Position numbers and translations under genes: made by a program. Positions 38,201 to 48,539 of a stretch of 64,000 nt of DNA are shown here, piece after piece (within the stretch, counting starts at the first letter, position 1; every line of letters starts with the position of its first letter). Below the pieces are notes generated by a model. The model worked only from the letters and a program-made list of their open reading frames with translations. It was not told the origin of the DNA and ran no database searches. Origin of the DNA: Takakia lepidozioides (lineage: Eukaryota; Plantae; Bryophyta); NCBI GenBank assembly GCA_030704615.1, contig CM060734.1, positions 63,426,001 through 63,490,000 of the forward strand, given 5' to 3'.

Positions 38201-40385
38201 GATCAGCACTGGATTGGCTGCAGTGTTGCAGGCAGGTGTAGGAGTTCGACGTTACCTGTATGTGGAGAGGGATGAGACTGCACAACGCGTCTCACCACGC
38301 CATGTTGCTTAGTTGGTACAGCAGTACCCTGATTTGTTGCCAGTGTCTGCAGTTCGTGGATACCAACAAGCCTTGCCAGCAAAAATTTCGTTGTTGGGGG
38401 CGCAGGATTTGGAGCAGGTTGGTTCCATTGATCTGGTAGTGGCAGGTTGGCCCTACCAAGGGCATTCATCAGCCATGCATGGCAATGGATTGCGAAACTC
38501 GAGAACGGGTCTGTTTTGGGAGATGGTGCGGGTTTTGCGCCACTTGCAGCTTCATCAAGCTGTATCTCCAGCATACATCTTGGAGAATGTGCCACTGATG
38601 GGTGATTCTCGGGCCAAGGTGATGGCCAGTGTGCATCAAGTCCGGTCGTGGCTTGGGTCAGCAGTGTTGCTGAATGCAGCTTCAGTGGGGTCACGGGCTC
38701 ATCGTCCACGGCTATGGTGGACTAACTGGATGCCACCCGCACTGCTGAAGCGTGCATTTTGATGGGGTGCAGCGGCCAGCACACCTCACAGTGGATAGCA
38801 TTTTGGACACAGGGAGGCAGTCTCAACGTGTGAGACACGATGACCGTTCGTCTTTGGCAGTGGTCAACAGGGTGGGTCAACCACGAGCAACATTACCTAC
38901 ACTGCTCAACTTCCCAGGATCCCATGCTTTTCGGGATGGTGGACCTGGCCTCTGTGGGATAGCCAGTTGCAACAATTAGTGGAGCCCAATGTTGACGAGC
39001 GCGAGCGGGCGATGGTTTTTACCACTGGTACCACGGCGGTGCCATCTCTTTCTAAGGCATCACATCGTCAGGTGTTGGGGCAAGCAATGGATCTCAATTG
39101 CTTGACCTGGATTATCAGCTTGGCTATGGCTGAGCAGCGCAGAGTACGGAGTATACTTCCCATCATGGTCTCCTTGCCTACCGAGACGGTACAGGCAGCG
39201 AGTGAGGGCGAGCAGGTGAGGACCACGAGGTGCAGGCCGCATCCATGGCACACGTGGGAGGTGCTCGAGGTTCAGAATGAGTTGGCAGCCAAGGCGGCGG
39301 TGATGGATCAGGTTGGGGATTTTTCTCGGGTTGAGGAGGTCCTCAAGGATGGGATGATGGGGCAGGGTGAGACATTGTCACTGATAGAGGAGGTAGTGGT
39401 CACTGCTCAAGAGGTTGCAGCATAGCAACCACGGGACTGGCTACTGACACGCCAATCTTTCGGAGACCCTATAGATACAGTGACATGGAGAGGTCCTTGA
39501 TTCAGATGAGAACTCAGAACCTTTGGGCGGCTGGTTTGGTGGAGCTAAATGGGGGAGAGTATGCTTCAGCCACAGTGATGCCAGCCAAGAAGGATGTCTA
39601 TGGCAATTGGACAGAGAGACGTATGTGCGGTGATTACCGGCCTGTAAATTGTCAGACCAAGTCCGATAGGTATGCTATGCCGACACCAAAGGAGATCTTT
39701 GATGGATCCGGATATCACCAGTTGCCGATCAAGGAGGCGGATAAGCAGAAGACGACATTCTGGGGGATCAATGAGCACGGGAAGGATTGCCTTTACCAGT
39801 GGCGGTTTTTACCATTTGGGCTTAAGAACGCTCCGGCAGAGTTTCAGAGAGTCATGGACAGGATTCTAGCAGGGGTGGAGTTTGCTTGGTGCTACATAGA
39901 TGACATCATCATCTTTAGTGCTACGGTGGAGGAGCATGAGAGACACCTTCAGGTGATATTTGAGCGCTTTGAGGGCGCACGGATTGAAGTTACATCCGGG
40001 GAAGTGCAAGTTTTTCCATAACCAGATTAAGTATCTGGGTCACATGATATATCCTGGAGGATTGGGGGTACAGCAGACTAAGGTAGAGTCCATTGCACAA
40101 ATTCCACGCCCCACGGATGTGAGCCGAGTTCGAGCTTTCATGGGGTTAGCAAATTATTATAGACAGTTTGTTAAGGGATTTAGTGCCATTGCAAAGGCTC
40201 TAACCAAGCTGTCCAAGGTGGACCAGGAGTGGCAGTGGGAAGATGAGCAAGAACAAACTTTTCAAGAGCTCAAGGCGAGGTTGACCTCGACGCCCATCTT
40301 GAGACGACATATCAGGGGGCGTCATTTTCAGCTGCATACGGATTGGAGCATGTTAGGGCTAGGAGCGGTGCTCACCTCTTATTGA
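35237..40385 (+). pseudogene. Ty3/gypsy polyprotein gag-PR-DNMT-RT-RNase H (truncated in RNase H)
   Basis: Gag knuckles CWTCGGPPVKRDC and CGHCGKYGHGDAQC; protease VLLDS(K)AQP; C5-MTase motifs; RT RMCGDYRPVN, LPFGLKNAPA, YIDD; RNase H start LHTDWS..GLGAVL. Several stops and frameshifts. Confidence 0.9.
38170..39120 (+). pseudogene. DNMT3-like C5-cytosine methyltransferase domain inside the retrotransposon polyprotein
   Basis: Motif I LDLFGGISTG, II YVERD, IV DLVVAGWP(Y)QGHS, VI YILENV, VIII AHRPRLWWTN, IX/X ERERAM.F..GTT...RQVLGQAM, in canonical order. Catalytic Cys codon is TAC at 38454-38456. Confidence 0.9.
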
Positions 40386-40634
40386 CCCTCCGGTCGTGCA
40401 AGAGCCATGTGAATATATAGATGATGATTCGGCTTCTGATCATGACTCTCCTGAGAGGGGTTTTGATGAGGACAATAGACAGGAGTTGGAGCTTGATGAG
40501 GAAGATGATGTCCCTCCCGATGACATGATGTAGTACCCACGTGGCACATTATTACAAGGCGAACAAGGCAACTACTTCGGAACCAAATTGATCAACCAAG
40601 ATGATGTCTCCCTCCACGACATACAACAATTTGT

Positions 40635-41157
40635 TGTCGTGCGCATATATATTGCTACACAACTACATCGCTGTCCAAACTACACCACACATATATGCAC
40701 AATAAAGTAGTCTGCCACAATGATAGGAAACTAAGAACACTGTGTTGACACAAGAAACATGAAAACCAACACCATCACTCTTTAATATAATAGTCAAGCC
40801 AGGGGCACCCCAAGCTATGGGGACTCTACCCCACAACAACCTATCCTCCCTTCATAAGCACACTCAGATTCTGAACGGTGAAGGAGCTCGGTCGTGCAGG
40901 CTCAACTCGAGAGAGATGAGTCGCACGACTGACGCTCTCGTGAAGATAAGACGGTTCAGGTGTCAAACTAAACTTGACACCTGACTTAACACTTGAACTA
41001 AATCCAAGTGTTAAATACAAATAACTAGCTTTATTCTAGTTAGTTTCACACTGTGTTTATTTAACTTGACAGCTGTTGTGCGCATACATATCGCTACACA
41101 ACACTACGCTGTCCAAACTACACCACACATATATGCACAATAAAGTAGTCTGCCACA
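40635..41157 (-). repeat. 3' terminal B-A-B repeat block (B1 41074-41157, A 40721-41071, B2 40635-40719), preceded by a PPT at ~41159-41170
   Basis: ~85 bp direct repeats flank a copy of the 351 bp A repeat. Minus strand reads CTAGGGGGGCGAT|TGTGGCAG. Confidence 0.85.
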
Positions 41158-41417
41158 ATCGCCCCCCTAGCTGGTGGATACGTCCCTCTAACTCCAGATA
41201 GCTACAAGATGTAATAGCCACAGCCGTACTAAGTCCTCTATCACTGTCTCTATTGTACTCAAACTCTATAGACCAAGAGGCCGGGTACAAGAGTAGCCCC
41301 ATCGTTAGTCGTCGTCTTGCAATCTGTGAAGTTGAGCCAGGATCTCGTGTATTTAAGGTCTCCTAGTAGCTTGGCCTTGTATTTCTTGTTAGTCTTCCAT
41401 GGTTGTATCCACTCCCA

Positions 41418-42587
41418 CTATCCAATGCAATGCGGACATAACCAATTCCCATCAGGAACCATCTCAAGAGGTGGAGTCAAGCATCCTATATGCCAACCTC
41501 CAGAGCATCGATCACACATCAGCATGGTGGTTGCCCCTCTAGCAGACCCACACAACATGCACCTCAAACTTGCAGGTACCACTGCCAGGTTTGGGTCAAT
41601 CCTGCCATCGACATTCGGAAGGTGACATGGCGCACAATTACGCACATGGTCCTTCCAAGTTATGCCATCCCGACCCTCCAGGATCAAGACGCCTGAGGGC
41701 AAGACCGAGCTCGAACCCTCAAAATAACACGTCCTGCAGTCACATCCAAGGTCGTAGGAGCAGTCTGCTGCAGATAGACATAGTCACCAGGGTTGAATCT
41801 CCAAACCCCAGGACGATAGCCCCCACCACGTATGGTAGCATACCTCAACGTATCACGATGTTGTGCAATGGCAAGGTTCTCGAAAGCCATGGGCATGACT
41901 TTCTTGAACAACTGCACACTGATCACATGCACGTGCCCACACGTCCGGATCGTCAAGGTTAAGAATTGTAGCAGCTTCTCTACGAATGGATGTAGGCAAA
42001 TCCGACTCTCGGCCAGAGAGAAGAAAGTATGGTGAGAAGGAGGCAAGTGATGCTTGCTTGCTGAACCTGTAGCCCATGGCTAACCAGGGTAACTGAAGGT
42101 CCCAATCTCCTAGGTGTCCCTTCTGCAAGCCATACTTGCGCAAACCCCTCTTTACTGTCTGAACAACTCTCTCTGCCAAGCCATCGGCCTCAGGATGATC
42201 CCGAGAAGTGGTGCGGTGGTCTATCAAGGCCTTGTCACACAAAGCCTGAAACTCCCACAAGAACTCTCTCCCTTGGTCCGTGAGTACCTCAGCTGGAGCA
42301 CCGAATCGGCTAAGTACACAATCCAAGAATGCATACGCGGCTCCCTCACTAGCCTTATCAGGCAATGGAACCAACTCGATCCACTTGGAGAAATGTTCCA
42401 CCATCACCAACACGTACTTGTTGTGGCGCATGGTCGGTGGCAACGGCCCTGCGAAGTCAAGACTCCACCTGTAGCCCAATCCCATGATCGGAAGAGGGTG
42501 CAATTGTGGAGTAGGGGCGTTGAATGAAGCACGCACCCTGTCACACACCATGCACCTAGCCACAAATTGTTGCACCTCTGTGTGCAT
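41418..42587 (-). pseudogene. Ty3/gypsy integrase core followed by a C-terminal PHD finger
   Basis: CMVC, WSLDFAGPLP, VLTDQGREF, HPEADGLAER; PHD CMLC...CDRC...WHIGCLTPPL..VPDGNWLCPHC (C4HC3). Frameshifted and 5'-truncated. Confidence 0.92.
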
Positions 42588-42824
42588 ATCTTTCTCCGAT
42601 TCGTCAACAAGTCCGCCAGAATGTCAGGTACCACGGGCATCCAACGAGATGCGCGGCATGCCATTGTTTCTCTTCCTCTTCTTGTACATCCTCATTGTCA
42701 TCGTCATCGTCATTGTCATCCTCGTCATTATCCTCATCGTCATCCTCGTCTTCGTCCTCCTTCTCCTCCGGCGCAATATTCGCATCAACCACTGATCTCA
42801 TCCAACATTGTTCAAGGCAGTGTC

Positions 42825-43375
42825 TGAAGTGACTTCCCTGATCACTAATAAATTCCAAGGGACAGCCAAATCGTGTAAGTATGTTCTCATACAGGAACCT
42901 TGCTGTGGACTTGGCTGTGTTGTCCCTCAAAGCTTTAGCTTCCACCCACTTCGTAGTATAATCAGTGGCTGTAATTATGTACTTGTTCTGTGTATTCTTG
43001 GCTGGTGGGTTAATTGGTCCAACAAAGTCTAGTCCCCATTTCTGAAATGGTTCAGTAGGCATCGTAGGATGCAAAGCCATTTTTCCAGATCTCTGCAAAG
43101 GTCCTAGCCTCTGACATTCATCACAACTCTGACAATACTTGTGTACATCCTTGAACAAAGTAGGCCACCAGTAACCTGCAAGTAGTATCTTCCTACTGGT
43201 AGTCTCTTCTCCAAAATGTCCTCCAGCCACTCCTTTATGAACTTCCTCCAAAACTTTATTTACTTCATGGTGGTACAAGCATCGTTTAAGTACTCCATCA
43301 GGTCCTAGCTTATACATTCTGCCTCCTACCATAGTATAAGGTAAAGCCTTGATAGCGATTCTCTTCCTCCGCTCC
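42825..43375 (-). pseudogene. Integrase fragment of a different non-chromovirus Ty3/gypsy family
   Basis: H..VAGGHF, GYWWPTLFKD, CQSCDECQR, KWGLDFVGP, ISDQGSHF. Confidence 0.88.
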
Positions 43376-43610
43376 TTACCATAACCAGGTGGGCACTGAC
43401 CATGAGTAAGGTAGTATCTGATTGGCCACGGGGGCTGCTATTTCATGAGCCATGAGCCATGAGCCATGAGCCATCAGCAGAGTCGTAAGTGTCGAAAAAA
43501 ACATGAGCAGGACTATTTTCCAGAAATGAGTGTCCGCGGGAATAGGGTTTAGGGTGTCACGGTCATAGGGGGAGAAGGACCTCCCGATGACCCGCATGAA
43601 GCCACACTCG

Positions 43611-45405
43611 TCAAGCAAGAGGGTTGCATTTGGACCTACAATGTGGGGTTGGAACCACGAATAGGGCGATGGTGATCATACTCGAGTTGCAAAATGGCAT
43701 CAAGCTCCCCAATATATTCAAGCTTGCTTCTCTCGAGTCGAATGTCCCTTGTGCTTGACACGGAGTCTTGCCAATATGTTGCACACAAACCGGAGTCAAA
43801 TGTGGTCTTCTGACGCATGTCAAGAGAACGAATGCGGAAATGACGTCCATGAATCCAAATTGAGGAGAATGAAATGGCATATTGAGATGGCCCTCTTGCA
43901 AGCTCTTGCACTAAAGGCGGCACCACCTCGCCCGCGGCCATCGCAGCCTCAACTCCACTTCGGAACCAATGGCGAAATGGTCTCAATGGCTGCATCTCTG
44001 TGGGCAAATCACGCCCCCCCGATGGGGCCGAGCTCGTGGATTCGCGCCGTCCTCGTGAGGCTCGCAATTCCCTCGCACGTGTGCGTCTCCAAAATTATAC
44101 TTGCTTCCAACTGCCGTGCATTCTCATCCACATGTCTTGCCTCCCACTCCATTATGCAAGGGGTGTTCTTCAATACAAAGTCATGTGCTTGCTCCACCTC
44201 GGTGTTCGATAGTTTCACCCTCCTTGATTTTTTAGGCAAAACCATGTCCTTGTTCCGCACATCATCCTCTTCCTTCCACATTGGAGGGGCCTCTTTGTCC
44301 ACCTTTCTCATGTACTCCGTACATAACACCATAGCCTCTTGCAATGTGTACCCCTCCGCCATGCTACCCTCGGGATGTACCTGTTGCTGCACGTGTGCCT
44401 TGACCTCCTTCATGTAACGCTCTAGAAAGTACATCCACCGAGCATGGACCGGTCCGGCAATCTCCGCCTCTTCCACCAAGTGCACTACCAAATGCACTTG
44501 GATGTCAAAGAAATTAGGGGGAAGATGCATCTCCAACATACACAAGACCGTGGCCGCCTCCTCCGTCATTCGTGGAAAATCCGCCTCGTCTATCTCTTTT
44601 GTGCAAAGCCAACGGAATAAATCAGCAAGTCGATAGACGGCTTTTCAAATGCCCTCATGGAGTGTCTCTCGTATTTCAATGGGAAGGATGTCTTGCAAAA
44701 TGTTGTGGTAGTCATGAGACTTCAAACCATGGATAGTGGTGGCATCCTCAAATTTGTTGCGTAGAGATGCGCCATACCCGGTCGGGGTCCGGATAGCTTG
44801 TATTGTGGTCCGCCTTTGCTTGTATTCCTCTTTTGTCCAAGTCCAAGTTGGCGCCCTATACTTCCACTTGGGAGCATTGTTCACGTCCACACCATCAGCT
44901 TTAGGCCATAGTCGTGGCATACGGTTTTGGGCTTGGAGCTCTTGCCTCACACCAAGGGAATCACCGTCGTGTTTCTTCTCCCCCCCGATTAAGTTTGCCA
45001 GTACACGAATAAGTGATGAGCACACATTCTTCTCAATATGCATGGGATCAAGGAGGTGCCGGATTTTCAGATCCTGCGCATCATGAAATTTCCATATAAT
45101 TTGTCATAAACCCTGGACTCGGTGCAATTTCATATGAATATGTCATGGCATTCAATGAATATGTATGGTCCAATGCATTTCGGACTTGTACCTCCCAATA
45201 AGGCAACTTGTAGAAGATTGAGAGCCGGGACATGCCACACCTCTTGAGCCGGCGTTTTTTATCCAACACCTCTTGCCCAAAATGACTCAGGGGGACGCAC
45301 GAGTGGAGGTCTCCTCTCCACGGTCCCATCAAATAATTTCTTGCCTCTCGTTCTCCATGGATGGTTGAGAGGAAGAAGTTTATGATAGTTGGGATAGATC
45401 ATTTT
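43611..45405 (-). pseudogene. CACTA/En-Spm transposase, C-terminal half
   Basis: SIFYKLPYWE, DPMHIEKNV, GLKSHDYH, PPNFFDIQVHLVVHL...GPVHARWMYFLERYM...PEGSMAEGY (DUF4218-type). Confidence 0.9.
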
Positions 45406-46073
45406 TGCGACGTTCTTCGAATGCTTTGCATCAAGGTTATCCGGCCCACAACATGATCAGGCCTAGCATTTGGCGTGCACTAGTGCCTCCGGTCCCCATT
45501 CCTCAAAGCCAATCATTTCAGTTTTGGGGTCGGCGATATTGTGTGAAAACCGCCACCAACCCTTCCATGGGTCGTGGGCTATTTGCAATGGAGGACATTG
45601 TGGTTCCTCCAGGGAGAGGGCTGACAGTGGACTTATTTCCCTACTTTGGCCCATACTACATGTGGTTCCACTGGACGCAAATGTGACGGGTAGCCCCTTG
45701 GGTGAGACCTTATGGTCTTTGTGTCAATGACCTCGATGTCTTCAATCGGGTGTTGGACCTTGGAACAAGGGTCATATGTGACGGAGATCCTGCTGTGTTC
45801 GGGAATGTTGCAGGATTCATCAATAGTTCAATTGGTAACCCTAAAATGACCAATGTACTGTGGGATGAGCGACATGACGGGGATGTTAGGCTAGCACAAT
45901 TGATATCAAATTTTGTTATGACATGTGCATGTACTACAATTCTCGCCGGTTCAGAGTTGTTTGCCTCTTATGAGTTCTCTGATAAGGCTTGGGATAAGAG
46001 AGTCCATCGGGAGTGGAGTGAGTTTGACAAACGTTACAAACGTCACTCCCGCGGCCGCCGAGGAAACTTGTAG
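45405..46073 (+). pseudogene. SET-domain coding fragment next to the CACTA transposase
   Basis: MGRGLFAMEDI ... YFG ... GNVAGFINSS ... ILAGSELFASY matches SET motifs GxG, (R)FINHS and ELxxDY. Interrupted by a stop near 45684. Confidence 0.7.
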
Positions 46074-46267
46074 TAGGGGATGGTGATGAGTCATGTACAC
46101 ATATCGTGGCCCCTATTGTGGCACCGGTTGGGATTGGTGATTAGGGTTTAGGTTTTAGGCTGAATGTGCCAATGTACATATATTTTTTGGATGCAAATGG
46201 AGCAATTCCCAACCATTGTATATTAAATGAATTGTGAATGTATTTATAGAGCCAAGTACAAGAGCAA

Positions 46268-47985
46268 ATGAGGTCAGCGAACCCTCCAAGGGGCACGCAG
46301 GCCGAGGTGGACAACAATACTGGTATTGGCCGCGGAAAACAAGGCCCAGACGACCATATTGCCCAAGACGGTGACGAGGTGGAAAATGAACACAATATGG
46401 ACACTGACGATGTGAGAGCCATGGAGGATTTGTTAATGAACCACTTGGGGGAGGGACAACAAATTGGGGAGGATATGGCTCGCCCGGCCACATTGGATGA
46501 AGATGCCGACCCAAATCCAATGGAAACCGAGGCAAAAACACCCTTGTATAAAGGAGCAAAAGTGAGTCGACTTTCCACTATATTGTTGTTGCTTAATTTG
46601 CAATCCCGGTTTGGCATAAGCAACATTGGCATGTCCGCAATCATGCGCACAATTGCGGACCACATCCTTGCCCCCCATTTGGAGCATAAAATGCCACGTT
46701 CTCCAAATGAGGCAAGACAGGTTCTAGACACAGTGGGGATGGGCTACAAAATTTTCCATGCATGTCCTTGTGATCACACCTTGTACTATGTAGAGGATGC
46801 GCATGCTACCACGTGTCCCAAGTGCAAAAAATCTAGATACGGAGATGATGTTCAAGGAAAGAAGATCCCATGAAAGGTATATTTCTCTTATATTCTCTTT
46901 CCTGCCATTTATATTTATATACATAAATACATGTGTCCACCAACTAATATATCATTTTAGGGTGTAGGGTTTAAGAGGTTGTATCATTCCGATATTATTA
47001 GCGTATGCATATAGGTTATATGAATCCTTCAGCTAAGTAGCCTTACCAAAACAAGTCTTGATCATCCTTCAAAAAATGCCATGTTCCGGTGTGTTTCCAT
47101 GCCGGCGATCGTGAGGGCCGATACAGCTTTGGGAGAGGTTAGAAAATCGCATTTCCAGTCTTCCCGCGTTGGCAAATGATCGGAGTCCGAATTGCCCAAC
47201 TTCATGAAGTGGCATGCGGAGCCCCTCTCGGAAAGCTGTGCGGGCCCTCACGATTCGCCGGCATGGAAACACACCGAGGAACAATGGCATTTTTTGAAGG
47301 ATGATCCAAGACATGTTCGGGTCGGCTTCTCCGCTGATGGTGTAAACCCACATTCAGTCCAGTCAAGTAGCCATTCAACATGGCCTGTGACTTTGGTTAA
47401 CTGTAACATCCCCTTATCTTACTATCAAAGAAGGGTCATATCATGTTGGCTGCCATTGTGCCAGATGGATAACATAATTCCTTTTTGTTGCTTTAGGATG
47501 TACGTGGTAGTACAATGTCAAATATATATGGAACTAAGAATATCATTTGTTCTGTTTGAATTTGAAACGATCTTATATATATTGCAAATAATTTGTGTTG
47601 TAGGGAAAAAACAAGTTGCGAATATGGATGTGTATATGCGTCCATTGGTTGACGAACTCAATATATTATGGAATGGAGTTCCAGCTTATGATGCATCGGC
47701 CCCCATCGGCCAACGTTCTTTTCTCTTGCGAGGGCTTTTGCTATGGACAATGCATGACTATCCAAGTACATTTTAAATTGATATTACCTATAATATATAT
47801 ATTCTACCGTATATCATGTGTTTGTATGTGCTTGTCAGGAGTTTCCTTTAGCAATTCATGTTTTTGCTCGGTTCATTGAAATTATACGAGGCGACGAATG
47901 TTAAATCCCAACTAAATTCATGGTTTTGTGCAGGGCTGTTAGTTTGGTCGGGACTAAGCACAAAGGGGTACGCACCTACACTTCC
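46268..47985 (+). pseudogene. CACTA/En-Spm transposase, N-terminal half (Transposase_21 type), with introns
   Basis: HACPCDH...CPKC...RY, MKWHA, DSPAWKH, DPRHVRVGFSADGVNP, STWPV, DVYMRPLVDEL..LWNGV, LLWTMHDYP, GLSTKGY. Confidence 0.9.
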
Positions 47986-48539
47986 TAGGGGTGCACATGA
48001 GACACCTATGGGGGCCTGGGATTGGGAAGGGGCAGCTGTCTGAATATGTTGGGGTGACTGGTGATGTGCACTAGGAGGTGGAGTGATATGTGACTGATCG
48101 GGTGACCAGCTGGGAGGTGATTGTGCACGGGGTTGACTCGAAAGCAGATGTGACTCGTGGGCTGCTGTACTAATGCAAACTGGATGTGATAGAGATGACC
48201 CATGGGCCAGTGCAGTACTAGTGAAAAGTGGAGGTGGTAGAGGTGACTCATGGATCGGTGGAGTGATGCAAAGTGGAGGCGGTGCAGGTGACTCTACATA
48301 GGCCGGTGTACTAGTGGAAACTGGACGAGGAGTAGATACAGATGGATGAGGTTCAGAAGGTGGAGGAGGTGGAGCTGGACTAGTACAACTAGAGCGTACT
48401 GGTGATGGACGTGGAATATCGACATCATGAGGAGGCGCTGGTGCAAGCGGTGGCCGGCTGCGCGCTCGGCGACCAAATAATCGAAGGGTGTAAGGTAAGC
48501 CCCTCGTCTCACAAACCCTATCTATGTCAACCTAAGGGA

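Noticed and set aside
18331-41071. The two A repeats as TIRs of one 22.7-kb element or a DIRS-type inverted LTR pair
   Set aside because: Each has its own retroelement context (PBS-like site vs PPT), there is no flanking TSD, and no tyrosine recombinase was seen.
42604-43332. Integrase fused to an acidic D/E tail as a real protein
   Set aside because: Integrase homology stops abruptly at SDQGSHF, before the catalytic Glu; most likely a chance in-frame junction of fragments.
46141-46159. Interstitial telomere (also ~25046-25060)
   Set aside because: Only 2-3 imperfect TTTAGGG units; telo-box-like background.
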